NCBI GenBank assembly: GCA_964506385.1
Contig: CAZDNN010000001.1
Location: forward strand, 1-52,344
Length of the DNA stretch: 52,344 nt
Reading direction: 5' to 3'
From: an uncultured Planctomycetota bacterium
GTDB taxonomy: Bacteria > Planctomycetota > PUPC01 > DSUN01
Shown here: in pieces, positions 25,835-36,752 of the stretch
Layout: every line of letters starts with the position of its first letter
Position numbering within the stretch: the first letter of the stretch is position 1
Notes under the pieces: model-generated
What the model was told of the DNA's origin: nothing
What the model saw: the letters and a program-made list of their open reading frames with translations, nothing else
Database searches by the model: none
Translations under genes and position numbers: made by a program

Positions 25835-26573
25835 GCTCTTCCACGTACCGGCCAACCGCTTCCACGGTATCTGTCCAGATCCCGGTCGCGGGATCAGTGG
25901 CGTATCGGCACAGCTCGTCGAGCGCATCTGTCCTCGTGACCTGGCGGGCGCCCTGTGGGCCGACGTCGTGGCCGAAGAGCACGAGCCAGCCGCCGTCGTC
26001 CTCGACGGCGTGGTCGAGGAGCGCCTTGAGACGGGCGAAGGGCTCGTCGTCCATGGCCATGCCGAAGAGCTGGGCGAGGTCGCACGAGCGCGGGGCGTTG
26101 TGCGACTCGTCGAAGGCCCCGCGGCCCGCGATGAAGTGCTTCGCCACCAGCGGCACGTAGCTGACGACCCCCTCGCCACGGCCGACGAACTTCTGGCCGC
26201 AGGGGTAGGCGAACGTCGTGGGCGTGACGCCGATCATCCGCTCGATGGCCTCGGTGCCGCCCAGGATGTCCGCCTCGATCTGCTCGATGGTATAGTCCTC
26301 GAGGGCATTGCTCTGAGCGAAGCGGAAGTTGCCGCTGCACGGATGGGTGAGCGTGTGGTTGGCGATCTCGTGGCCATTGGCGGCCGCGGCCTTCCAGTCA
26401 TCGACGCGGCGCTCCATGTTGGCGGGCGAGACGTAGAAGGTGGCCTTCACCCCGTGGGCGTCGAGGACGGGCAGCCCCTGGTCGAGCTGCGACGGGCGGG
26501 CATCGTCGAACGACAGGCTCAGCGCAGCTCGCTTCCCCTCGGGCCATCGGAACGGCGCTGGCTCAGCACCCAT
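25821..26573 (-). CDS. Polysaccharide deacetylase (CE4 / NodB homology) family protein
   Basis: Start at ATG 26573, with GAGGAGGAG upstream. LSLSFDDARPSQ, HEIANHTLTHP. Confidence 0.8.
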   Translation of the reverse strand: MGAEPAPFRWPEGKRAALSLSFDDARPSQLDQGLPVLDAHGVKATFYVSPANMERRVDDWKAAAANGHEIANHTLTHPCSGNFRFAQSNALEDYTIEQIEADILGGTEAIERMIGVTPTTFAYPCGQKFVGRGEGVVSYVPLVAKHFIAGRGAFDESHNAPRSCDLAQLFGMAMDDEPFARLKALLDHAVEDDGGWLVLFGHDVGPQGARQVTRTDALDELCRYATDPATGIWTDTVEAVGRYVEERMGG

Positions 26574-26902
26574 GGCGCTCCTCCTCGATTGCCGCCCCCA
26601 CACTATACTCGCCGCGGCCGTTTGCGCAACCTCTGGGCCTGTGTTACGTCCATGGAGACTCGCAGAAGTAATGTCCTGCCCGCGCAGTTGCCGCCCCGCT
26701 GCCACCCGGTCTGTCCGCATCAATCCACTCGCCAAGCAGCTTCGATCCCCTTGCCCCGTGCCTTCTCCGCCCGTGGGGCGAGCGGGCCGCCCGATTCCCC
26801 GCACCCGCCCCCAACCGGCAATGACAGGGGGATGTCCCACGTGTTCTGAATCCAGTGAGGCCCCGCTGGGCAGGCTTCGGGACCGCCTGTTCGCCCTTCG
26901 TC

Positions 26903-27016
26903 TTGCGGAAAGTCCCGGTGCGGGAGGGCGAAGCTCCCGCTGAGCCGATTCAGGGGGCGAAGGGCGGCTCGGCAGGAGCCTCGCCCTCCCATTGGAGCGA
27001 TCCGCAACAGGAACTA
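26903..27016 (+). repeat. MITE/REP-like composite element, copy A
   Basis: Bounded by TTGCGGAAAGTCCC (26903-26916) and CGCAACAGGAACTA (27003-27016). Both boxes recur at 42761-42774 and 42833-42846. The interior holds an inverted pair of the 26-nt box (26922-26947 and 26965-26990). Confidence 0.6.
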
Positions 27017-27017
27017 G

Positions 27018-27037
27018 CTATTCAGCCGGCTGAATAG
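27018..27037. repeat. Perfect 20-bp palindrome CTATTCAGCCGGCTGAATAG
   Basis: Self-complementarity verified by hand. Lies in the 660-nt divergent intergenic region. Confidence 0.9.
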
Positions 27038-27236
27038 TTACGCCCGGTCGGGGCACTGGTGTTGTCGGGAGGCGAATCGAGGACGGGCACGACGCGGCCC
27101 CAGGGAGCGGCATGCCCCAAGACCCGGGGCAAGGCTCGGTGCGCAAGTGGCAATGGCCTCGCGGCCCCGATACGGGTACAATCTCTGCCAGAGGGAGGGA
27201 CCGTTCTCCAGGCTGGCCCTGCGTCTGAGGAGCATC

Positions 27237-28040
27237 ATGACCCTGAGGGACACCGCCGTCGCCGCTGCGCGTGCCGCCGGCGAGATCCAGAGCCGCTACT
27301 ACGGCCGCGCACTGGCCGTGGACGCGCGGACGGCGCACGACGTGAAGCTCGAGGCCGACCGCCTCTGCGAGCAGGCCGTGCTCGACATCATCCGGGCGGC
27401 GTGGCCCGACCACGCCGTGCTGAGTGAGGAGGCCGGCCTCATCGGCGGCGAGGGCGATCTCTACTGGCTCATCGACCCGCTCGACGGCACGGTGAACTTC
27501 TTTCACGGCATCCCCTACTTCGGCTCCTCGGTCGCCTGCTACCGCCGGCCCGAGGCCACAGCCGACGCGCCGTTCCCGCGGCCCCTTGCGAGCCTGGGCG
27601 AGCCAGTGCTGGGGGTCGTCTACATCCCGCCCACCGACGAGCTGTTCGTCGGCGAGACGGGGCAGGGGGCGACGTGCAACGGCCAGCCGATCCGCCCGAG
27701 CGGGATCACCAACCTGTCGGAGGCCATGGCGACCGTCGGCTTCGGCGCACGGGAGGGGAGCGACCGCAACTTCATCGAGCACTGCGCCCGGCTGGCGCCC
27801 CGCGTGCGCAAGCTGCGGTGCCTCGGCTCGGCGGCGTACGACCTGTGCAACGTCGCCTGCGGCCGCCTCTCGGCCTTCTACGAGATGCGCCTGCGGCCCT
27901 GGGACATCGCGGCGGGGCACGTCATCCTGCGCGAGGCGGGAGCCGTCCTCGACGCAGTCGAGCGCGAGCCCCAGACCTGGGACACCGTGGCCTCGGCCCC
28001 CGGCATCTACGAGCCCTTCCGAGACCTGGCCCGCGGTTGA
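27237..28040 (+). CDS. Inositol monophosphatase (IMPase/SuhB) family protein
   Basis: ATG 27237 lies after GAGGAG. LSEEAG, WLIDPLDGTVNF, WDIAAG signatures. Confidence 0.85.
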   Translation: MTLRDTAVAAARAAGEIQSRYYGRALAVDARTAHDVKLEADRLCEQAVLDIIRAAWPDHAVLSEEAGLIGGEGDLYWLIDPLDGTVNFFHGIPYFGSSVACYRRPEATADAPFPRPLASLGEPVLGVVYIPPTDELFVGETGQGATCNGQPIRPSGITNLSEAMATVGFGAREGSDRNFIEHCARLAPRVRKLRCLGSAAYDLCNVACGRLSAFYEMRLRPWDIAAGHVILREAGAVLDAVEREPQTWDTVASAPGIYEPFRDLARG

Positions 28041-28147
28041 TCGCACGCGGCAAAGCGATCTTCAGCACTCGATCCTGCGGAGTTTCTCTCTGCCCAGAGA
28101 CCGCGAATCCTTCACGCTCTGCCCCTTTGGCGGGGTTGTGCTACTGC

Positions 28148-28176
28148 TTGACAGCCGCGAGGCCGTGGGCTAGGCT
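28148..28176 (+). promoter_or_regulatory. Sigma70-like promoter candidate
   Basis: TTGACA, 17-nt spacer, TAGGCT. Lies about 60 nt upstream of ATG 28237. Confidence 0.35.
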
Positions 28177-28236
28177 GAGCACTGAGATGAGGCCCCGATG
28201 GCCCACCTTCCGATGGCGGACATGGAGGAGCTGACG

Positions 28237-29553
<1,317 letters not shown>

Positions 29554-29605
29554 CGGCGCGGCCATCCCATCACGGGGACACGTCTGGAGAGGGAAGGAAC
29601 ATCGC

Positions 29606-32074
29606 ATGGCGACACCGATCATGGAGTTGACTGCGGACCAGGTCCGCCTGGTCTGCGACGAGACGCTCTTCGACGGCGGCACCGCGGAGCTGGCGGGCCT
29701 CGAGGAGGTCATCGGCCAGGCGCGCGCCGTCGAGGCCATCGAGTTCGGCATGGACATTGATGGCGCCGGCTTCAACATCTATGTCCTCGGCCCACCCGGC
29801 ACGGGCAAGACGACCACGGTCATCCGCTTCGTCGAGGAGCGCGCCAAGGCCAAGCCCGTGCCCGACGACTGGTGCTACGTCCACAACTTCGACGACCCGC
29901 AGAAGCCCCACGCCGTCCGCCTGCCCGCGGGCAAGGGCGCCGAGTTCCGCGACGACATGGCGGAGCTGGCCCCGGCCCTCCGCCGCGGCATCCAGCGCGC
30001 GCTCGAGCACGAGGACTACCAGCGCGAGTCCCAGGAGATCATCCGCGAGCACGAGGAGAAGCAGGCCCGCCACTTCGCCGAGCTGGACGCGACGGCTCGC
30101 GAGCGCGGCTTCAAGATCCAGCGGGGGCCTCAAGGCGTGTTCATGGCGCCGATGGTGAATGGGAAGCTGGTGGCGCCGCAGGACTTCGAGAAGCTGCCAG
30201 AGGAGGAGCAGCAGCGCATCCAGGCGGCGGGTGAGACCCTCCAGGAGGACATCCACCGCACGGTCCGCGAGGTGCGCGAGTTGGAGCGTCAGACCCGCGA
30301 GCGGCTCCAGGAGCACGAGCGCAAGACCGTCCTGTTCGCCGTCTCCCACCACATCGACCGGCTCAGAGAGAAGTACGCTGCCATCGAGGCCGTGACCCGC
30401 CATCTGGACGGCGTGCGGGAGGACGTGGTGGCGAATGCTCAGCAGCTCGTCGCCGCCCATCGGGCGCAGGCGGCCAGCAGCGAAAGCTCCGGCGACGAGG
30501 ACGGGCAGCCCAATCCCCTCGCCATGCTCATGGGCGCCAGGCCCTGGGCCTTCCTCGAACGCTACACCGTCAACCTCATCGTGGACAACAGCCAGACCGA
30601 GGGCGCGCCCGTCATCGTCGAGCCCGACCCCACCTACCAGAACCTCGTGGGCCGCATCGACCGCCAGGCACAGTTCGGCATGCTCGTCACCAACTTCACC
30701 ATGATCACGCCCGGCGCCCTCCACCGCGCCAATGGCGGCTACCTGGTCCTACAGGCCGAGCACCTGCTTACCCGCCCCTACGCCTACGAGGCCCTCAAGC
30801 AGGCCATGGAAACCGGCCACGCCCGCATCGCCGACCTCGCCGAGCGCTTCAGCCTCGTCAGCACCGTCAGCCTCGAGCCCGAGCCCATCCCGCTCGACAT
30901 CAAGGTCATCATCACCGGCCACCCCATGCTCTACTACCTGCTCCACCAGTACGACGAGGCCTTCCCCGAGCACTTCAAGGTCATGGCTGACTTCAACACG
31001 TCCATGGAACGCACGGACGAGACCGTGGCGCTCTACGCGCGGTTCCTTGCCACCCAGTGCCGCTGCGAGGGCTGGATGCCCTTCGCCGCGAGCGGGATCG
31101 CCCGCATGGTCGAGTACGGCAGCGAGCTGGTGGGCGACCAGACGAAGCTCTCGACCCGCTTCTCCCACGTCTGCGACATGGCCCGGGAGGCGGCCTACTG
31201 GGCGCGGAAGAACGGTCGCGAGGCCGTGACCCGCGACGACGTCCAGCAGGCCACCGAGGCCAGGGTCCGCCGCGCCAACCGCATCGAGGAGCTGGTCCAG
31301 GAGATGATCGAGCGCGGCGACATCTACATCGACGTCGAGGGCGCCGTGGTCGGCCAGGTCAACGGCCTCGCGGTCATGGCGCTCGGCGACCACAGCTTCG
31401 GCAAGCCCTCGCGCATCACCGCACGCACCCACATGGGCAAGGGCCAGGTCGTCAACATCGAGCGAGAGGTCAAGCTCTCAGGCCCCATCCACGACAAGGG
31501 TGTCCTCATCCTCGCAGGCTACCTCAACGGCACGTTCGGACAGGAGCGGCCTCTCACCCTCTCCGCCAGCATCGGCTTCGAGCAGAGCTACGAGGGCGTT
31601 GACGGCGACAGCGCCTCGTCCACCGAGCTCTACGCACTGCTCTCCAGCCTCGCCGACATCCCGATCCGCCAGGGATTCGCCGTCACAGGCTCGGTCAACC
31701 AGCGCGGCGAGGTCCAGCCCATCGGGGGCGCCAGCGAGAAGGTCGAGGGCTTCTTCGACGTCTGCAAGGCAAAGGGCCTCACCGGCGACCAGGGCGTCCT
31801 CATCCCCAGAACCAACGTCAAGAACCTCATGCTCCGCCCCGAGGTCGTCGAAGCGGTCCGCGAAGGGCAGTTCCACATCTACCCCGTGGCCACCATCGAG
31901 CAGGGCATCGAGATCCTCACCGGCGTCCCCGCCGGCGAGCGTGGCGAGGACGGCGCCTACCCCGAGGGCACCGTCTTCCACGCCGTCGAGCAGCGCCTCG
32001 AGGACTACGCCGAGCGCTGGAAAGCGGTGGCCAAGGAGCTCGGCGCCGAGGGCGGCGAGGCGACGGAGGAGTAG
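29606..32074 (+). CDS. Lon-like AAA+ ATPase with C-terminal S16 protease domain (LonB/YcbZ-like, no N-terminal Lon domain recognised)
   Basis: Walker A GPPGTGKTT. S16 region GVDGDSASSTELYALLSSL and PIGGASEKVEGF. Confidence 0.8.
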   Translation: MATPIMELTADQVRLVCDETLFDGGTAELAGLEEVIGQARAVEAIEFGMDIDGAGFNIYVLGPPGTGKTTTVIRFVEERAKAKPVPDDWCYVHNFDDPQKPHAVRLPAGKGAEFRDDMAELAPALRRGIQRALEHEDYQRESQEIIREHEEKQARHFAELDATARERGFKIQRGPQGVFMAPMVNGKLVAPQDFEKLPEEEQQRIQAAGETLQEDIHRTVREVRELERQTRERLQEHERKTVLFAVSHHIDRLREKYAAIEAVTRHLDGVREDVVANAQQLVAAHRAQAASSESSGDEDGQPNPLAMLMGARPWAFLERYTVNLIVDNSQTEGAPVIVEPDPTYQNLVGRIDRQAQFGMLVTNFTMITPGALHRANGGYLVLQAEHLLTRPYAYEALKQAMETGHARIADLAERFSLVSTVSLEPEPIPLDIKVIITGHPMLYYLLHQYDEAFPEHFKVMADFNTSMERTDETVALYARFLATQCRCEGWMPFAASGIARMVEYGSELVGDQTKLSTRFSHVCDMAREAAYWARKNGREAVTRDDVQQATEARVRRANRIEELVQEMIERGDIYIDVEGAVVGQVNGLAVMALGDHSFGKPSRITARTHMGKGQVVNIEREVKLSGPIHDKGVLILAGYLNGTFGQERPLTLSASIGFEQSYEGVDGDSASSTELYALLSSLADIPIRQGFAVTGSVNQRGEVQPIGGASEKVEGFFDVCKAKGLTGDQGVLIPRTNVKNLMLRPEVVEAVREGQFHIYPVATIEQGIEILTGVPAGERGEDGAYPEGTVFHAVEQRLEDYAERWKAVAKELGAEGGEATEE

Positions 32075-32204
32075 CCGCTCCCGTCGCCCCGCACGTGGCG
32101 CGCCCGGCCCGGCCGCACGCCAGTTCCCGCTTGCAATCGCACGGTGCGGATCGTACGATAGGGGCCGCGGAGAGGGCCGTATGACAGGGCATTGAGGCCC
32201 CCCA

Positions 32205-35132
32205 ATGCGACGAGTGCTCTACGCTGTCGTGCTGCCGATCGCGGCGCTTCTTCTCACATCGGCCTCCGCGCTGGCCGCGGCGGCCGAGGCCATGGGCGAG
32301 CCGATGCGCGCGCTCGTCGAGGCCGATTGGATCGCCCAGGATGCGCGCTTCGCGCCCGGAAAGGCGCCTGCAAAGGCGAAGGCGCCCGCGTCGGCGAAGG
32401 TCAACGAGCACGGCGTGACGACCGCCGAGGACGCCAGCGGCGGCGTCGATGGCGTCAAGAACGGGCGGTGGGGCTTCCACGTCGCAAGCGGCGAGACGAA
32501 CCCCTGGTGGCAGGTGGACCTTGGCAAGGTCTACCGCCTCGGCCGCATCGTGGTCTACAATCGCACGGACGGCCATACGGCGAGCCGCAGCAGCCACCTG
32601 CTCATCTCCGTCGCCGGCGAGGACGGCGATCCCGCCTGCAAGACCTTCCGCCTCATCCACGACCAGGGCGGGAAGCCCTTCGGCGGTGTCAAGGCCGGCA
32701 AGCCGCTCGTGGTGGACCTCAAGGGCAAGGGCGTCGAGGCCCGCATCGTGCGCTGCCACATCCGGGGCCGCATGTCCTTCGCACTCGACGAGATCGAGGT
32801 CTACCCCGCCGACGACCCGAAGACGAACATTGCCCTGCGCAAGCCGGCCGACCAGATTAGCGTGAGCAAGTACTCCTATCCCGGCACCCTGCCTGCGGGC
32901 GTCACGAGTGCGGCGCCGCCTGGCAAAGCGCCCAGGGGCGGCGGCTTCACCATCGCCCACACCCGCGACGTGCTCGCGCGCGCGCAGAAGCTCGCCTCTC
33001 GCCTGGCGTCTTGCGCCGACCCGGAACGGCTCGCGCCGCTCACCGCACGCCTCAAGAGACTCGCCCAGGAAGTGGCCCGCCTCCAGAGCAGGGAGAAGCT
33101 GGCCGAGGCGGCCCGCCGGAAGCTCTACCTCGATGCCCGACGCCTCGCCCGCCAGATCGCCTTCTGCAACCCCCTGCTCGATATCGACAAGCTGCTCTTC
33201 ATCACGCGCCACGACCCCGGCGGGCCGTTCCACATGTGCGACCAGTACTACGGCTGCAACGCCAGGCCCGGCGGCGGTCTCTTCGTCCTCGAAGACCCCT
33301 TCGGCGAGAGCCCGAAGCTGCGGAACCTGCTGGCGGAGTCGGTGGTCGAAAAGGGGCGGCTCAAGGGGCAGAGGCTCGTCGGAGGCTCGTTTCTCTCGCC
33401 AGAGGTCTCCTTCGACGGCAAGACCCTCTACTTCGCCTACAGCGAGGCCAAGGCGAAGAAGACCTACACCTGGGGCCCTGCGATCAGCTACCATCTCTTC
33501 AGGTGCAACGCTGACGGCACGGGCCTCGTGCAGCTCACCGACGGCGACGCCGACGACTTCGACCCCTGCGAGCTGCCCAACGGCCGCATCGTCTTCACCA
33601 CACTGCGGCGCGGCGGCTACCTGCGCTGCGGCCGCCACTGCCCCGTCTACACGATGTTCTCGATGGAGCCGGATGGAAGCGACATCGTGTGCCTGAGCTT
33701 CCACGAGACCCACGAGTGGCACCCGAGCGTGACCAACGACGGGATGATCGTCTACTCGCGGTGGGACTACGTGGATCGGGACACGAACGTCGCTCACCAC
33801 ATCTGGCTGTGCTACCCCGACGGGCGGGACCCGCGGTCCTTCCATGGCAATTACCCGCTCGACCGCTCGAAGCGGCCCTGGATGGAGCAGAGCATTCGGG
33901 CGATCCCCGGCTCACACAAGTTCGTCGCCGTCACCGGCTCCCACCACGGCAATGCCTTCGGCTCGCTGGTGCTCATCGACCACCGCCTGCCCGACGACAA
34001 CGCCTGCTCGCAGCTCGAGCGCCTGACCCCTGAGGTGCCCTTCCCTGAGGCCGAGGGGCGCCCGACCAAGCGTTACATGTGCTACGGCACCCCCTGGCCA
34101 CTCAGCGAGGACGACTACCTGTGCGTCTATGACTACGACGCCCGCAACCGCGGCATCTACTGGATCGACCGCGACGGGAACAGGGAACTGGTCTACCGCG
34201 ACCCGAAGATCAACTGCCTGAGCCCCATTCCCCTGCGTCCGCGCACTCGGCCCCCTGTCATTCCCGACGCCACCACCCAGACCGTGCGGACGAAGCACCT
34301 CGGGCCGCGGCCAGCCACCGTCGCCGTGGTCAACGTCTACGACAGCGACTTCACCTGGCCCGACGGCGCGGTCGTCGAGGCCCTGCGGATCGTCCAGGTC
34401 CTGCCCAAGACCACCCCGCCGCCGAACCAGCCGCGGATCGGCGTCGCCAACCAGACCAACGCCCGCGCCGTGCTCGGCACAGTGCCCGTCGAGGCCGACG
34501 GCAGCGCCCACTTCGAGGCGCCCGTCGGCAAGGAGATCTACTTCCAGGCACTCGACGAGCGGGGCCTCGCCATCATGTCCATGCGCTCCGGCACCTACGT
34601 CCACCCCGGCGAGCGGCTCGTCTGCCAGGGCTGCCACGAGCGCAAGAGCCGGCAGGTCCCGCCGATGGCCCGCGTGCCCCTCGCGCTGCGGCGTGCCCCA
34701 TCGCCGATACAGCCCGACGTGGAGGGCTCGAACCCCTTCAACTACGCGCGGCTCGTCCAGCCCGTGCTCGACCGCAAGTGCGTCGCCTGCCACCGTGAGA
34801 AGAAGGCGCTCGGCCTCACGGGCGAGCCGGCGAAGCAGTTCACACGCTCCTATAACAATCTGGCGGGGAAGTACGGCTTCTACTTCCACGTCACCAACGG
34901 CTCGATCAACACCGGGGTGCACGGCGGGAGCCGCACGATCCCCGGCCAGTTCGGCGCCCGGGCAGCGCCGCTGCTCAAGTACCTGGGCGAGAGCCACTAC
35001 GGGGTGAAGCTCTCGGCAGAGGAGTTCCACAGGGTTGCCCTGTGGCTGGACTGCAACTCGGAGTTCCTCGGGGCCTACGAGCAGGCGGCGGAGCAGATTC
35101 GCGGCAAGCTCGTCCGGGCCTCGCTCGACTGA
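32205..35132 (+). CDS. Secreted 975-aa multidomain protein: F5/8 type C (discoidin) domain, TolB/PD40-like propeller region, two CxxCH motifs
   Basis: Signal MRRVLYAVVLPIAALLLTSASALAAAAEA. NPWWQVDLGKVYRLGRIVVYNR. HPSVTNDGMIVYSRWDY. CQGCH and CVACHREKKALGLTG. Paralogous to the protein at 48342-52344. Confidence 0.75.
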   Translation: MRRVLYAVVLPIAALLLTSASALAAAAEAMGEPMRALVEADWIAQDARFAPGKAPAKAKAPASAKVNEHGVTTAEDASGGVDGVKNGRWGFHVASGETNPWWQVDLGKVYRLGRIVVYNRTDGHTASRSSHLLISVAGEDGDPACKTFRLIHDQGGKPFGGVKAGKPLVVDLKGKGVEARIVRCHIRGRMSFALDEIEVYPADDPKTNIALRKPADQISVSKYSYPGTLPAGVTSAAPPGKAPRGGGFTIAHTRDVLARAQKLASRLASCADPERLAPLTARLKRLAQEVARLQSREKLAEAARRKLYLDARRLARQIAFCNPLLDIDKLLFITRHDPGGPFHMCDQYYGCNARPGGGLFVLEDPFGESPKLRNLLAESVVEKGRLKGQRLVGGSFLSPEVSFDGKTLYFAYSEAKAKKTYTWGPAISYHLFRCNADGTGLVQLTDGDADDFDPCELPNGRIVFTTLRRGGYLRCGRHCPVYTMFSMEPDGSDIVCLSFHETHEWHPSVTNDGMIVYSRWDYVDRDTNVAHHIWLCYPDGRDPRSFHGNYPLDRSKRPWMEQSIRAIPGSHKFVAVTGSHHGNAFGSLVLIDHRLPDDNACSQLERLTPEVPFPEAEGRPTKRYMCYGTPWPLSEDDYLCVYDYDARNRGIYWIDRDGNRELVYRDPKINCLSPIPLRPRTRPPVIPDATTQTVRTKHLGPRPATVAVVNVYDSDFTWPDGAVVEALRIVQVLPKTTPPPNQPRIGVANQTNARAVLGTVPVEADGSAHFEAPVGKEIYFQALDERGLAIMSMRSGTYVHPGERLVCQGCHERKSRQVPPMARVPLALRRAPSPIQPDVEGSNPFNYARLVQPVLDRKCVACHREKKALGLTGEPAKQFTRSYNNLAGKYGFYFHVTNGSINTGVHGGSRTIPGQFGARAAPLLKYLGESHYGVKLSAEEFHRVALWLDCNSEFLGAYEQAAEQIRGKLVRASLD

Positions 35133-35182
35133 GGGGAGTCCACCGCGGGCCACCGCGATGCCTGTGGGGAAGGAGGCTGGTG

Positions 35183-35503
35183 ATGGAAGCGATGCACCGG
35201 ATGCTGACCTATCGGCTGACCACGCGGGACAGGGCGGGGCGGATGGCGCAGATGGCCTGCTACATTGCCGGGGTCCTTCTTCTGTGTCTGGGTTTCTACA
35301 AGCTCAACACCATGGGCTCGGCCCTCAGCGAGATCGAGCTCTTCTATGGCATCCTCCAGGTCCTGGCCGTCGCCCTGCTCATGATCTGCCTGGGCACTCT
35401 GACCCGCATCGCGGCCATGTGGACCCACGCCCACGCCATCAAGCTCCAGCTCGAAGAGGCCGAGGCCAGCGAGGCGTCCAAGGCGGAGCCCGAGCAGGCC
35501 TGA
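35183..35503 (+). CDS. Small (106 aa) two-helix membrane protein, unknown function
   Basis: AGGAGG (35171-35176) lies 6 nt before ATG 35183. Helices MACYIAGVLLLCLGFY and ILQVLAVALLMICLGTL. Acidic C-terminal tail. Confidence 0.45.
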   Translation: MEAMHRMLTYRLTTRDRAGRMAQMACYIAGVLLLCLGFYKLNTMGSALSEIELFYGILQVLAVALLMICLGTLTRIAAMWTHAHAIKLQLEEAEASEASKAEPEQA

Positions 35504-35633
35504 CGGGCCCTTCATCACCCCACCCGGCTCTGAGGGAGTGCACGGCCACCGCGAAGGCGCATCCCTCGTGGCCCCTCGCGCTCTCCTGTCGTAGGGTGCT
35601 GGCCGAGCATTATCATCTGGCGAGGGCCTCCGT

Positions 35634-36707
35634 GTGCGTGTGAACCTGCTGGTCTTGGCAATGGGGACGAGTGTGATGGGCGCGCTTGTGGCAGGCCAGG
35701 TCGAGCCACCCTCGTACGCGGACAGGATGACGCTGCTGCTCTACATGGACGCCAGCGGACGCGAGCAGGCTGTCCGCAGTCCCGCCGACTGGCAGCGGCG
35801 CCGTGCGCATATCCTCGCGAGCATGCAGCTCGTGATGGGGCCGCTGCCCGACAGCTCCAGGAAGGTCCCGCTCGACGCCGAAACGCTCGGCGAGACGACG
35901 CTGCCAGAGGTCGTCCGCAGGAAGGTCGCGTTCGCCGCCGAGAAGGGCGACCGCGTACCTGCCTGGCTCTTCCTCCCCCGTGATCTGAAGGGCAGGGCAC
36001 CCGCCGTGCTCTGCCTCCACCCGACGTCGCCTCGCGGGAAGGACGTGGTGGCGGGTCTCACGCCGAAGCCCAACCGCAGCTACGCCCTCGAGCTCGCCCA
36101 GCGCGGCTACGTGACCCTTGCGCCCGACTACCCGCGGATGGGTGAGAACCGAGCCGACGCCTATGCCCTCGGCTACGCCAGCGCCACGATGAAGGGCATC
36201 TGGAATCACATCCGCGCCCTCGATCTGCTCGTCGCCTTGCCGCAGGTCGATCCCGATCGCATCGGCTGCATCGGCCACTCGCTCGGCGGCCACAACGCCA
36301 TGTTCCTCGCCGTCTTCGACGCGCGCATCAAGGCCGTGGTCTCGAGCTGTGGCTTCAACGCCTTCGCGAAGTACAAGGGCGGCGACCTGGCGGGCTGGAG
36401 CCACGCCGGCTACATGCCCCGCATCGCCAGCGTCTACGGCAAGGACCCGAAGCAAGTGCCCTTCGACTTCACCGAGGTCGTCGCCGCGCTCGCACCGCGC
36501 CCGTTCTTCGTGAACGCGCCGCTCCACGACGCCAACTTCGAGGTCAGCGGCGTCCGCGACTGCATCGCCGCCGCCCAGCCCGTCTACGAGCTGCTCGGCG
36601 CCAGGGACGCCCTCGTCGCCGTCTACCCCGACGCGGGCCACGACTTCCCGCCTGAGGTCCGCGAGGCCGCCTACCGATTCCTCGACAAGGCCCTGGTCAA
36701 GCCGTGA
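35634..36707 (+). CDS. Alpha/beta hydrolase (dienelactone hydrolase / esterase-like)
   Basis: Nucleophile elbow GHSLGG. C-terminal YPDAGHDF histidine motif. N-terminal signal-like segment. GTG start uncertain. Confidence 0.75.
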   Translation: MRVNLLVLAMGTSVMGALVAGQVEPPSYADRMTLLLYMDASGREQAVRSPADWQRRRAHILASMQLVMGPLPDSSRKVPLDAETLGETTLPEVVRRKVAFAAEKGDRVPAWLFLPRDLKGRAPAVLCLHPTSPRGKDVVAGLTPKPNRSYALELAQRGYVTLAPDYPRMGENRADAYALGYASATMKGIWNHIRALDLLVALPQVDPDRIGCIGHSLGGHNAMFLAVFDARIKAVVSSCGFNAFAKYKGGDLAGWSHAGYMPRIASVYGKDPKQVPFDFTEVVAALAPRPFFVNAPLHDANFEVSGVRDCIAAAQPVYELLGARDALVAVYPDAGHDFPPEVREAAYRFLDKALVKP

Positions 36708-36752
36708 TCCTGGCCGCGCGCCCCGGCCGATCTCTCCACCATGGCGCCTTGG

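Noticed and set aside
25718-27037. Small ORFs 25718-25939 (+), 25621-26160 (+) and 26855-27037 (+)
   Set aside because: Their sequences are translations of the octamer arrays (..WMNGWLDGWMIGG..) or of the REP-like boxes (..VREGEAPAEP..SAGASPS..), or they overlap the deacetylase gene antisense.
29606-32074. Lon-like protease as BrxL of a BREX defence system
   Set aside because: No PglX/PglZ/BrxA-C-like genes are adjacent. The neighbours are a Gfo/Idh oxidoreductase and a secreted discoidin/propeller protein. It is treated as a stand-alone LonB/YcbZ-like protease.
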